DNA of 64,000 bases from Callorhinchus milii. Its lineage: Eukaryota. Below the pieces are notes generated by a model. It was given only the letters and a program-made list of their open reading frames with translations, did no database searches and was not told the DNA's origin. Below are positions 22,708 to 34,949 of this stretch, piece after piece (positions within the stretch are counted from its first letter, which is position 1; the number at the start of each line of letters is the position of its first letter). The translations under genes were made by a program, and so were the position numbers. The stretch lies in contig NW_024704743.1 in the NCBI RefSeq assembly GCF_018977255.1, positions 15,378,001-15,442,000 of the forward strand. Direction: 5' to 3'.

Positions 22708-24527
22708 GGGACACACTTAGATCTGCTATTTGACATTCCAGTTTTTGCTGAATACTTTGTTTAGTTTGCGTTTAGTACAACTGACCCTCTATGTCAAGAA
22801 GAATGATGTGCACTGCACAACAGCTTAAAGTGAGAAGCACTTTATTAAGTTGTGTATTGCTAGTTTATGTGTTTAAGAATAAATAATCCTTGCATTTGAC
22901 ATAGTGCCTTTCACATCAGGAGGAAGTCTCAAAGAACTTCACAGGAATTACTGCAAAATGTAGTGACTATATAGTTTGTAGTTCCTCTGACACATCTCTT
23001 TTGAAGTTTGAAGAGCCCTACCTTGTCTAATTGTTGTTCTTAGCTAATTTGTCTAACACTGAGGAGCAACCTCAATCCTGTTCTCTGGCCCAGCCTCTTG
23101 GGCCTGAGTAGGCCTCTTATGCTGTAGCAACCAGAACTATATAAAGGATTCCAGGTATAGCATGACCACTGCACTTTATAGTATACCCTGTGAAGGACAT
23201 TGGGACATCCTCCCATTGCGAAAAGCGCAATATCAAATGTAAGGATTACTATTTTTAATATTATTGCTGTCTATTGTTTTGATATGGTGAGCGAGTCAAC
23301 TAGCACTCCTAGATCTTTATCAATTTCCCCTTGGCAGATTCTCTCCCACCCACAGCCAAAGCAAACATAAAGTTTAGACAAGATCTATCCTGCAAGCCAA
23401 AGCCATAACAGATAGGACAGTCTTAGATAGACAGGTACTATTCTGCATGGTTACACACATTGATTCACTTCCTATTTTCAGCTTCTACTTGCTACTCAAG
23501 TAAGAAACAATCTAAGGCCCAATGCAAACCAATTGTTTTCTGGACTTATAAAACTGCTCTACAATGTGAAAATGGATAGCCACTATTTAAAACATGTCTT
23601 GCTTTCATTTGGGTAGCAAGGTGGAGAAAGAAGGGGCTGACATGAAAGTCAACAAAAATAGGGAATTACCACTGTTTTGCATCTGATTATCCAAATCAGC
23701 AAACAAATCACCTTTAATATTACAACTATCTTGCAGATTGCCATTTCTAATATTTTGTCCCTCTCCTTCACAATTGTCAGATTCCATCACTCCTTGTAAC
23801 ACCACCGGCTCTCTCTTCAGTCAAAAGCACGGGGAATTTTGAAGCATTGTTGAATAATTCAAAGAAAGAAGTGTTACAGAGACAATAAGAGTGCAATGCA
23901 ACCAGCTAATAATCAGGCAGACTATAAACATACACACACTTCACTTGACCAGACCCTTATTTAATACCAAGGCAAAGAACATGACTTTGGAGTTGCCAGT
24001 TTCTCTAGGTGAAGCTCAATATGACAAAAGGCTTAGTTATTTTAAACCCAGAGGTCACAGGGTGAGGGATCCATTAGACTGGAAGCACAGACTGCTATTG
24101 TTCTCCAGTGTCTATGAACTGCTGACATCTGTGTAAAACACTGCATTCAGACCAGACTCTGGACCACTGGCTACAATGCACCAAAACGTGTAAATCACCA
24201 TCTTCTATTGTTTTAGACCCAATAGTAATTATTATAATTCCACATCCCTCTCCTTCAACACGAAGCATCCCAGTTACACACAACAATTTGAATAAGCAAT
24301 TTTTTAAAAAAAATTTTTTTTTATTCATCTTACACTAGTGACCGATTGCAATATAAAGTCATGTTTCTCGGCGCCTCGGGACGTCCTCCCGACGTGAAAG
24401 GCGCTATACAAAATGTAATGTGTTGCTGTTGTTGTTGTTGCTTATCTCTCCATTCCCCTCTGTCACACCTCTCGTCAAAAAGTCTATTGCACACGAAAAA
24501 AACAAAGCAGGATTTAAGGCTACAGCG

Positions 24528-24650
24528 TTGTGTGTGTGTGTATGTGTGTATATGTGTATGCATGTGTGTGTGTGTATGTATGTGTGTGTATGTGTGTGTA
24601 TGTATGTATGTATGTATGTATGTGTATGTATGTATGTGTGTGTGTATGTG
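24528..24650. repeat. Compound (TG)n/(TATG)n microsatellite in FBXL2 intron 1
   Basis: Directly visible. Confidence 0.95.
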
Positions 24651-24929
24651 CTCGGCTCCTGCACTGAGACACTGAGAGACAGAGACACACAAACACTCGG
24701 GCCCGGCCCTGCCCGCCCTGCCCGCCCGCCGCCGCCTCTCCCTGTTACTTTACAGCTGTGTTATTGTTATTGTTTGGGTGTGAGACCTGTGGTGGAGAGC
24801 TTCCTCCTCCTCTCTGGCTCTTCACCTTTTCTCTTTCTCTCCCCCCCCCACCATGTTATATATAACAACACACACACACACAAAACGCTGGTGACATGAC
24901 CTGAGGAAGGGAGGGAGTGAGGAGCTCAC

Positions 24930-24959
24930 CTCAAACCTGCCCCTGGCGATGCCGTTCAT
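24930..24959 (-). CDS. FBXL2: FBXL2 coding exon 1 (MNGIARGRFE)
   Basis: The minus strand reads ggcggcgacATGAACGGCATCGCCAGGGGCAGGTTTGAG|gtgagc inside the CpG island. It is phase 0 into exon 2. The peptide resembles the N-terminus of fish FBXL2 and of FBXL20 (..SRFE) as I recall them. Confidence 0.9.
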
Positions 24960-25037
24960 GTCGCCGCCGCCTCTCCTCCTCCTCCTCCTCACGCTCCTGA
25001 AACCCGGCAACCCGGAGCCGCGAGACCAACCGCCGCC

Positions 25038-25045
25038 TGACGTCA
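25038..25045. promoter_or_regulatory. Full palindromic CRE (TGACGTCA)
   Basis: Exact CREB/ATF consensus about 80 bp upstream of the ATG. A second near-match (GACGTCA) lies at 25149-25155. Confidence 0.7.
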
Positions 25046-25163
25046 CGCACGCACGCACTGCCCACGCACGCACTGCCTCACGCACGCACGCACGCACGCA
25101 CTGCCGCATCCTCAGAGCTCCTCCCCCGGCGGAGCCACAAGGAAACGCGACGTCAACGCTGGT

Positions 25164-25195
25164 CCGATTGGGCGGCCTTCACGCCGCCCGATTGG
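25164..25195 (-). promoter_or_regulatory. Tandem CCAAT (NF-Y) boxes
   Basis: CCGATTGGGC occurs twice, with ATTGG at 25167 and 25191 (24 bp apart). On the gene strand this reads GCCCAATCGG. Confidence 0.65.
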
Positions 25196-27261
25196 GCGTG
25201 TTTTTGTGCCTGTGCGTGTGAAAAAAAACGGCTTTGGGCGGTTTTGCCTGATTTTTTTTTAAATTGATGAATAACATTTTTTCTGGTTGGGGGGGGGGAG
25301 ACCTTTTCTGACACGGGTTCAAAACGCTAAATAGGCAACTCTGTTACCCCCCCTCCATAGCAGTCAACGCATTACATTGGGCTACTTTTTGGGCTCGTGT
25401 TGGGTGGGACTTTGGGCGACAAACGTGTTTTAATCGCTTAAAATCAGGCGGCGGCAACGCCCGCCCTCAACCTGGAGGGAGGCCAGGCGAGCCCCTCCCC
25501 CCCCGGCACTGAACCAAACTGGTGCGCGTAATGTGTGTTTAAGTGTTTATTTTTATTATGTATGAAAATAACTCGGGTCAGTTCAAGAGGAAAAGGAAAG
25601 AAACGCCAGGGAAGAGCCAGGGCTGTGCGTCGGGCGTAATTTGGGTGGTGCGTGATTACGTATGCGCGTCCGTGCGTGGCGTTCCTCCTCCCACTCGCTC
25701 TTCGCCCCGCCCCCATCCCTGCGTCATTAATAATAATAATAATAATCCTTGCGTTGGACGCAGCGCCTTATCGGGTGTTGGAGACGTCTCAAAGCGCTTC
25801 ACAGGATATACTGTAAAGTCTATCGACTGTATATGCATATTTTTTTCAGAGCGCTTGACAGTCGCGCAGCACAGTGCCGAGTTTGGGGGTGGGGGGGGGG
25901 AGGGGAAACTGCAAACGCCTGCAAAATGCCAACCAACCGCAACCCCCCACCCACCCCACACACCCACCACCGTTTGCACAAAAATTTGGAAAATTCGCTT
26001 GGCGCGGGCAGTGATGGCATTGCCACTAAATCAGGCATGGCACATACTTATCTACTTCCACGCCAGCAGAAATTGACAAGAAAAATAAAAGTTTTATTTG
26101 GTTATGTGAACAACCATCAACCAGTTTAATAGTATCCAAACTAGACTGACAGCTTCACATTTGTATGCCACCTACACATGGAAATCTCACTGTCTGGAAG
26201 GGAATGCACACTTGTACCTATTTATCTAAGTGTTAGGCACAGGTGGGCAAGAAACAGCTATTGAAAGTACTGTATGGCGACCTTCCTGCTGCTTGTCACT
26301 ACCCTACCTTTAGAGCTTTGGGTTGCAGGGATAACGGGGACCAAGTAGGTTCCAAGTAGGACCCTGGTCCAAGTGACTATCTGCCACGCCATATTTTGCC
26401 ACTGAATCAGGTTGGCTGGTCTGGCATCAGCAGTGCCCTGGAGAATTGCCGGTACATCTGTTCATGAATAGGACTAACAGGTCCGCCGCAGATGGTTGAC
26501 TCTATGCCGAAATTCTATTACCAAGTATGTCACCTTACTCCTCTCTCCCCCAGCAGATAGTCACTAGATGGTCATTTCACAATCCGAAAAGCACAAGTTT
26601 GAGTCCTCCTTAGGTGAATAGCAGGTACTTGGAACTCCCTCCAAGCTTCATGGTAAGCAGCACAGCTCAGTGTCAGTGTATGTGGGTATTGCCACCGTCC
26701 TCCTGCACAACAGCTCGGACAAACCCCCTACCTCCTAAGCTATGGTTCCACCAGTTGAAGTGTGAAGTTTGAGCAGCAGCTACTTACCTCTCTGCGAACC
26801 ATACACTGGACATATGAATGTGTGTTCCTGAACAACAAAAACAACAACTTGCATTTATATAGCACACCTAATGCAAGGTAGTGCCCCAAAGCGCTTGAAC
26901 CAAGAGTCCAAGATATGTCTTCCAGTAGCTGTCAGTCCCAAGCCTCAGAGTTTCCTCATTAGCTATTTGACAAGCACTTGCATCTGAATGATGGAACAGG
27001 ACAGCTTGTGATTTGCCAGCCACCCTGATGCTCTAGAAATCCAAGTTAAGCAAACTCAACACCAATTGCATTATACAGGTCTTCTTCACGTGAGTGGCTT
27101 TAGCAAGTAGACATGCCCACTTTGAAGCTGACTCTGCCTTCAGGATGCTCAGCAACAAGTCAGTGTCTTTCAAATGCTTATTCTTCTGGTGTGGATTTTT
27201 GTGGCATTTCTGTTATTGTGGGCTCATTGGTACTATTTATAATTTACATATGTATGTGTAG

Positions 27262-27650
27262 CAGCCTGCCTCAGTTGGTAGAACTTGCCTCTGAGTCAGA
27301 AAGTGCAGTGCTGAAGCAGTGCTAATTTGCTGGAGGTGCCAACCTTTGGATGCGATGTTAAAGATGGTGTGATGGGGGTACAGAATTTTGTGAGTTTCTG
27401 TCTGCCTGTTTAGGTGGACATTAAACATGCCATGGCACTATTTGAAAAAAGAGAAGGAAGTTTCTCCTGGTGTCCTGAAAAATAATCACCCAAAATAAAA
27501 TTGGTCATTCATTTCATGGCTGTTTGTGAGACATTGCTGCATGCAAATTGACTGCCAGGTTCATCCACAAAATACACAGTTCCGGCACAGTCTAAAATAT
27601 CCTGTGAAGTGTGTGGGATGTCCTCTCAAAGTATACCAAATGTAATAATT
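27262..27650 (+). mobile_element. Older DeuSINE (similar copies at 42257-42580 and 57130-57433)
   Basis: tRNA-like head CTCAGTTGGTAG, Deu domain and L2-type tail. Confidence 0.8.
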
Positions 27651-28839
27651 GTTTTGAGGAGCAATGTAATATACAACCTGAGTGAGCATCAAGGTGCCAT
27701 ATCAAAGGTTGATAAGATACGGATATATGCCCGATTTCTCTATATAGTGAGTTGTCAACTTCAGACTAGGGATACTGCAAGAGGATGTCAATAACTTGAA
27801 CATAGAAAAGCACAAACACTGGAGGGAGAGTTACTCCATGCCATTGACCCATGCCTAATGACAGCTAGTTTCAAAGTGGCATTAACTGAGATCCTGGAGC
27901 AGATGGGCAGAAAAATATGTGTACATGAATGCATGTTTGTATGTATCTGTGCTTCTGTGAACCTTTGCATGTGTAATTATCTGTTTGTATACTACTACTA
28001 ATAATAATCCTTACATTTGATATAGTACTTTATCATGTCTTCAAGACATCTCAAAGAGCTTCACAAAATATTCTGTAAAGTGAATTGACTCTATATTTTG
28101 TGGGTGAAATGTGGGTATATACAGTGTATGTCCTGGATTGGATTATAAACATTTTACGATCATTTGCTCTAGGGTAGGTGTTCAACTACTTTTAACATAC
28201 ACCTGTTTGTCTGGAATTTTAGTGAAAATAAGAGCAATTGGTGGATCCTGGAAAAAGAACTGGGAGGTGATTGCCTGCTGTGATCACACATTGACATAAC
28301 TCTGCCTCCCCATTGTTACCACAGGCTAGAATACCAAATTATGCTGTAGGTTACCTTACTGAAATTGTAAATGATCAAAGCATACAATAAATGAAGCCAA
28401 ACAGAAAACAGAGTAACAACAATATTAAAAGTGGTAGGAAACACTCTGGGCATAAGTGGGAGCTAAAATTATGGTTTAACATTTTGGTGCATGCTTAAGA
28501 CACATGTAATTATATCCAGATGCACATGTTTTGTGTGAGCATAACTACCATATAGTTAAGCATGCAAAATGTGTCTTTTAAAGAGATAGTTTAATGGTCA
28601 TGTGATGTTTTTAGACATAATACATACGAAAATAACGAATAATATTTTCTTGTTTACTGTAGTATAATTGAATTATTGGATAATTGGTACTATAAGGCTT
28701 GAAAGAGGCCTTGTAGACTTGATCAGAGGATATAAGGGTATTAGTCACAATTGCTGATTTGTAAAAGTATTTGGGAGTTCTGATGTTCACTAACTTTTAT
28801 TTGTGTACTGTCTTTTGGGATTACGATTGGAAGGGTTGA

Positions 28840-30490
28840 ACAGGAGGCCGGAACCAGCAGATCAGAGGCAGCGGGTGGGGGAATGGGGGGGTAAGCAAAT
28901 TGGATAGGTAGGGAGGCCGAGGCCATGAAACAATTTGAAAACAAGTGAGAGGATCTTGAAATCGATCTGTTCAGTAATTGGGAATCAGTGGAGCCTAGCA
29001 AGGACTGGTGTGATGGGGGTACAGAGTTTTGTGCGGGTGAGAATCCGGACAGAGTTTTTAATTAATTGAATTTTGTGCATTATATAGCTGCGGGAGACCA
29101 GTAAGGAGGGCATTGCAATAGTCCAGCAGGGAAGTGATGAAGGTGTGGATGAGGGTTTTGGCTGCTTTTGTTGTGAGGTACAGATGGAAGCAGAGAATGT
29201 GACGGAGATGGAAAAAAGGATGTCATTTGTTACTTTGATGAGCACTGTCTCTGTACAGTGGACAGGACGAAAACTGGACTGGACTGGAGGTGACCGAGTA
29301 GGGAGTGGAGAGAGAGGTGTAAGTGAAATTGATTTGCAACGATGCGTTCCAAGAGACGGGTCTGAAGTTTGTGAGATTGGAATAATCGAGAGTGTTTTTT
29401 TAAGGAGAGGACTGATGACAGCAGTTTTGAGGGGGAGTGGAACAGAGCCTGAAGAGAGGGACCAGTTGATTTGTGTCAGCCAGCAGTGGGCCAAGGAGGG
29501 GGAGTTGATTGGGAAGGGGGTCGAGACAGCAGGTGGTGATGGGGGAAAGGGAGGAGGGAAAGATGGGGCAAATGAGTGGAGGGTGTGGGCTGTAGTAATG
29601 CGGAGAGGGTGGTGAAGAAGGCATGGGGTTGGGGGGGATAGCATATCTTGGAGATAAAGAAGTCCTGGACTTCTTTGCACTTGGTATCAGAAGTAAGGAT
29701 CGAGGGTGCTTGAGAGGGAGTGTGGAGGAGGTGGTGGGTTTTGGGGGGAATTTCTGGCCTTGAGGATGACCTGTGAATAGAAGGCGTTTTTTCTTGAGAG
29801 AGGGAGCGGCGGTAGGTATGAAGGTGCTCAAGCCACAGTTGGCGGTGAACCGTCAGGCCAGTTTTGTGTCATCTGGGCTCGAGCAACTGGCTTTGGGATT
29901 CGAGGGAACATAGGTGACTGTTGTACCGGGGGAGCAGGTAGATTTGGAGATGATCCTGGACTTCAAGGGGAGAAGGGAATTAAAGGTGGAGAAGAAGCGA
30001 TCATTTAGCAGTTTGATGGCTGCATCAGAATCACTGCGGGTGGAAGGCCAGAGGGAGAGAAGGTCCGAGGATGAGAGAACGTTTGTGAGGGACTCAGGCA
30101 GAAGCTTTCTCCATGGGCCGAAAGATATGATGTAGGGCTTGGAGGAGGGGAGGGGGATACGGGAGGAGAGAGAGATGAAGACATGGTCAGAGATGGCCTT
30201 GTCTGTGATGGACAGACCAGAGATGTCTAGAACCTGGTGATGACAAGGTCACGGGGGTGGCCACAATTGTGGGGCGGGTAATTAATACGGAGGGTGAGGT
30301 TTGGGGTGGAGAAGAGGGCAGTCAGAGGAGATGAGGCAGGAGGAATTGAGGTGAAGATTGAAGTCGCCAATGATGAACAGGCGTTCAGTGGGGAGGGAAA
30401 GGGATGAGAGGAGACTGGAGATAAGGAGCCAGGAGGTTTGATGGTGGTGGGGGCGGTAGACTAGGAAAATTTTGAGGGAGAGAGGTGCTC
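28840..30490 (-). mobile_element. Decayed L2 LINE including APE endonuclease remnant
   Basis: IIGDFNLHLN at about 30350-30378, followed by RT-region fragments (FRPVHCTETVLIKVTND). Confidence 0.85.
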
Positions 30491-30535
30491 AAATGAGGGG
30501 AAACAGCCAGAGGAGTAGGGGGATAGACCAAGGGA

Positions 30536-32250
30536 TAACAACAACAACAACAATAGCAACAAAATTACATTTATAGAGCGCCTTCACATTGGGAGGACGT
30601 CCCAAAGCGCTGAACAGTTGGTGTCGGGGCCCAAGCATGGGAGAGTGGTGGTGTAGGGGTGAGGGAAGGCAGAGAGGTGGGAGGGAGACCAAAGGCAAGG
30701 TCGAAGAGAAGGGTCTTGAGACCGGCCTCGAAGGAGGCAAGGGAGGAAATGAGGCGAAGGGACCGTGGGATGGAGTTTCAGAGTGTGGGGGCAGAGAGGC
30801 TGAAAGCCCGGCCACCGATGGTAGGGCGGGTCGAGCAGGAGACATGGAGCAGGCCGGAGCCTGCTAGACGGAGGGAGTGGGCGGGTTGGAAGGGAGTCAG
30901 CAGATCAGAGAGGTAGGTGGGGGCAAGTCCATGGATGGCCTTAAAGATGAGGATGAGCACCTGGAACTCGATCCTCTGGGAGATGGAGAGCCAGTGGAGT
31001 CGGGCGAGGGTGGGAGTGATGGGGTCACAGACCTGCTGTGTCAGAGTACATGAGCTGGAGAGTTTTGGATGATCTGCAGCTTGTGAAGGGAAGAGTTTGT
31101 AAGGTCGATGAGGAGGGAGTTCCTGTAATCGAGCCTTGATGTGACAAATGCATGGGTGAGGGTTTCAGCAGCCTGAGGGGTGAGGCAGTGGTGGAGTCTG
31201 GCAATGTTGCGGAGGTGGTGGTAGACAGTGCTGGTCATGGCGCGGATGTGGGGGAGAAAGGACAGTTCAGGTTCCTGACTGGTTTAGTGAGGTTGAGTGT
31301 GCAGTCGTGGAGGTTGATGCTGCCAGCGCCTGAGGTGCAGAGGCACTGACACGAGCCAATCAAGAGTGCCTCGGTCTTGCCGACGTTGAGTTGGAGAAAG
31401 TTGGCCCTCGTCCAGGACTTGATGTCGGACAGGCAGTCGGTCAGGACGCCAGTAGTCCTGGAGTTCAAGGTGGAGGCAGAAAAATAGAGTTGGGTGTCAT
31501 CCGCATACGTGTGGAAATTTACCCCATGTCTGCGGATGATGTCACCAAGGGGGAGCATGTAGAGGTTAAAGAGGAGGGACCGAGGACAGAGACCCTGAGG
31601 AACACTGCACAAGACGGTACGGGGGCTGGAGGAGAAGCCGTTTGCCGCGACAAAGTGGACGTTTGGGAGATGAGGACCACCCCACAGTCCCGACAGTGAG
31701 GGGTTGGCAGAAAGTGTAGTCAGGAGGTTGAGGCTTCGATGAGGAGGGCGGGTCATCAGTGGACAGCCCTAGGATGTCAATATACTCATCCAGGATGATT
31801 ACTTAGAGGGGGAAGGGGTTTGGGGAGGGTTGCAGGTTATGGGGGGAGAAATGACCATGGCCTTTGAGGGGGAAGGAGAGTTGGGAAGGGTGTGGATGAG
31901 GGAAGGGGGGGTTTGCCGGTTAGAGACCGGGGAGGGTCTTGCAGAGAGAGTGGGTGATAGGGCAGTCGGGGTGGCTGCTCTGGGACAACCATAGATGCGT
32001 ACGGCGATGAGCACGGTGGAGGATGCCTAAGCTGGAGCAGAGAGAGGCAGTGGAAGGGTCCATGAGAGAGAGAAGGCGAGTAGAGCAGTGGGAGAGAAGG
32101 ACAGAGGTTGAGTAGCGGAAGGGGAGGAGTAGAAAGGGGGGCATTTTGAGGGTGGGGGACTGGCTCGGATCAGGGGCAGCAGCCAAAATGTGCAGGCCGA
32201 GGAGGGAGGTGAGAGAGGAATGGGAGAGAAGGAGGGAGATTTTAGAGAGA
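30536..32250 (-). mobile_element. L2 LINE with 5' region joined directly to the RT C-terminal half
   Basis: (TTG)n tail at 30536 and YADDTQLY near 31500. Junction at about 31675 to an N-terminal-like segment (RYSTSVLLS...LGILHR). Confidence 0.75.
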
Positions 32251-32324
32251 AACTGTGAAGAGCTTTGGGTCGTCCTCCCGACGTGAAATGCATCTATATG
32301 AGGTTGATGGGGGTTGCTCTACAG

Positions 32325-32506
32325 CAGTGGTGGTCAACCTGTAGGCCACGGAGCCATCAAGAAGTGGCACGAGTCTAGGCAAGTCTGTGTTCAATTGATA
32401 ATGTGTTTTCAGTTTTTTCTTGCTTAAATATTTCTTGATTTATGGCATACATATTCAATCAATAAAATTTATTTTGTTGGCTGACCATAAAGGTGGGCAG
32501 CCCCTG
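32325..32506 (+). mobile_element. Possible hAT-Charlie-type MITE
   Basis: Ends CAGTGGTGGTCAACCT ... AGGTGGGCAGCCCCTG. Flanks ctctacag/aactagaa resemble the NTCTAGAN target but only partly match each other. Confidence 0.5.
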
Positions 32507-33209
32507 AACTAGAACATTGTTACAAGACAGGGTGATGGGAGACACTGGACTTGTTCGAGAAACAGCTTGATTGTATAAAAGGAAGATAATATGACAGATG
32601 GGAACAAATGCGCTAAAGTGTGAACATATATTGTAATTTGGGGTAATACTAAACGTTTTTGAGGAATAGAATGCTCTCATTTGGATCTAACTTAGCCTTT
32701 CTAAGACATATATGGTTGTTTTCCCAACTGAATCATATTTGCAGCCTTGTTTTGTTGAAATTACTTTATATTTTCTTAGAGGTTTTTTTTTGCAGTGAAA
32801 ATGTAGAACTGCATCAACTGCAACAGTCTGAGGTTGAAAGATCTGCAGCTCCCTCCATTCCTCGCATTCCACTCCAAAGGAACAGGCGGTGAATGAAGGC
32901 TAGGGATCAGAAGTATTATTTTACAATGCGCCTCTGGTTCTGATTCTATCAACTTCCCTTACTGCTCACTTGACTGAACCAGATGGTGCACGACCTTGGC
33001 GTTCTGCTTGACCCTGAGCTGCGTTTCAAAATCTGGATCCGTTCCATACCATGACAGTCTTCTTCCAACCTCAGAACATTGTCCATGTTTTGGGTTGGCC
33101 CAGTGTCTGACACATATGGAAATCCATCACCATGCTTAAGAGTGTCCAAACCAAACTAAGAGTTCCATGCATCTCATGTATACATGGAAATTCAATGCGC
33201 ACTCTTACT

Positions 33210-33725
33210 CTGGAGATACGCATTCTGTTTACCTAATTTCGGAAAGTATTAGGTGCATATTGGCAAGACCCAGGGGTCAGAGACTCCAGCATGTGGTTGG
33301 GAGTACTGCTAGAATCCAACCAGCTAAAACTGCATAGCTTGCCAATCGCAGCATTGCCTGGCAAGCTTTCCCGCTGCTTGTCTAGCTAGGACCACCCTAC
33401 CCATAGGGGCTTTGGCTTTCCGGGTTAACAGAAGCCTGAGTGGGAAGATTCACTGCCCCCAGTAACTGGTCTTCCCCTACAGGTCCTGTGGATGAGCCAG
33501 GTTGGCTGTGCTGGCCTGGAGTATTGCAGACCTGCCGGCTCAGGAAATGGACGACCAAAACCGCACAGTTTCCAACATTCCATTGCCAAACGTATTATCT
33601 TGGAGCCAGTTCAGTTCCAAAGAGACCTTGCTTACCTCCCCCACATGGAGGATAGTTACTAGTTGGTGATGTGCCCATTATGAAGCTGACTCTGCCTCCA
33701 GGATGCCTAGCAACAAGTCAGGGTA
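33210..33725 (+). repeat. Unclassified interspersed repeat (other copies about 8150-8510 +, 21770-21960 -, 26190-26570 +, 27105-27165 +, 40960-41015 -)
   Basis: Shared blocks GTTGGCTG..CTG.CATCAGCAGTGC, ACATTCCATTGCCAAAC and CTTGGAGCCAGTTCAG.TCCA. Confidence 0.7.
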
Positions 33726-34356
33726 GGCTGGAGCCCTACCTCCATGCAGCCACAAATCCACCTCAATGCTTGATCCTGGACCTTGAAATGGGCCGGTGGA
33801 AGCCCCTTTGCTGCATCCCCAGAACCTTGGTTTACATTCTTACTTCATCCCCATTGCTACTGAAATGCTTTTGGTCTTTCAAGACCACATGTCTCCCCAT
33901 TGACCTCCATAGCAAATGTCTCAAGAAGCTTCAAATGATCCAGAATTCTCCCCGCTGCACAAGACTCAGCACACACATTACACCAATTCTTGTGAAGCTC
34001 GAATGGCTTCCAGTACCTCAGACTATCAAGTTCAAGAGCTTTGTCCTGCTCTTTAAGTTCCTCCAAAGTCTTACCACATTACCTACTCTGTCTCCTCCAG
34101 CCCTACATTCCAGCTCATACTGACCCTAGTCAATAACTCAAGATTTCTTACTGGGTGATGGTAACTTTCATTTCTTTACAAAGATTGGAAATGAGATCAG
34201 GTTTCCAAGAGGAGTTCCAGAGGATTGGTGTGTGATACATCCGGAGCCCAAGATTCTATGTTTAGAAATCCTTTTATAATTCATTGCAAAACTCTGATAT
34301 TTATAATATAGAGTATTTAATTTGTCATCAAATTTGGACCTATAGATACTTCAATA

Positions 34357-34949
34357 CAGTAAAACTCACATAAGTTGTATCAGTTGGGACCATAACATTT
34401 AATATGACTTATGCAAAGTCCGAGTTACAAGCAAACTATAAATCGTATATAATCTGATATATTTAATCAATAATCTACACAGCGCATGCGTAATTTAATG
34501 CAGCTGCAAAGTATGCATGCGGTACTTTGCAGCTGGTAAGTGCCCATGTAGTGACGGTCAAGACTACATTTCCTGCGGTTCAATGAGTCTTGACCCTCAC
34601 CGCATGCGCACTTACCGGCAGACATTGGCATTGCATCGCAAGAAATGAGGGTCGAGACTATGTTTCCTTGAAGTTCTTCTACACATTGAGAATCGTTTCA
34701 TACGATTCAATGCAGCCAGGTGGTAAGTGCCCATGCGTCGACTGGTCAGGGCATCATTTCCCGCAATCCAAGGCAGCCGGTAAGTGTAGGAGTAATGGAG
34801 GGTAGAGCGGCAGCGTTATGAGGATGATAAGTATAACTAGTGCAAGTAAATCTAAGTAGTTTTGATAGGAAACTAAATGGGACTTGGGTACATGTATAAC
34901 TTGGGCGATTATACAATTTATAAAGAAAAGATTTGTGTGAATTTTACTC
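34357..34949 (+). mobile_element. Tigger/pogo-like MITE, copy 1
   Basis: TA|CAGTAAAACTCACATAA ... TTGTGTGAATTTTACTC|TA terminal inverted repeats with TA flanks. Confidence 0.8.

Larger units (their letters stand above)
24640..25790. promoter_or_regulatory. CpG island and promoter of FBXL2
   Basis: Abrupt rise in GC and CpG density around exon 1, with GC boxes (GGGCGG/CCGCCC) and (GCAC)n runs. Confidence 0.9.

Noticed and set aside
24330..24899. ORFs of 94-159 aa near the promoter
   Set aside because: They arise from the stop-poor (TG)/(TATG) microsatellite and GC-rich island.
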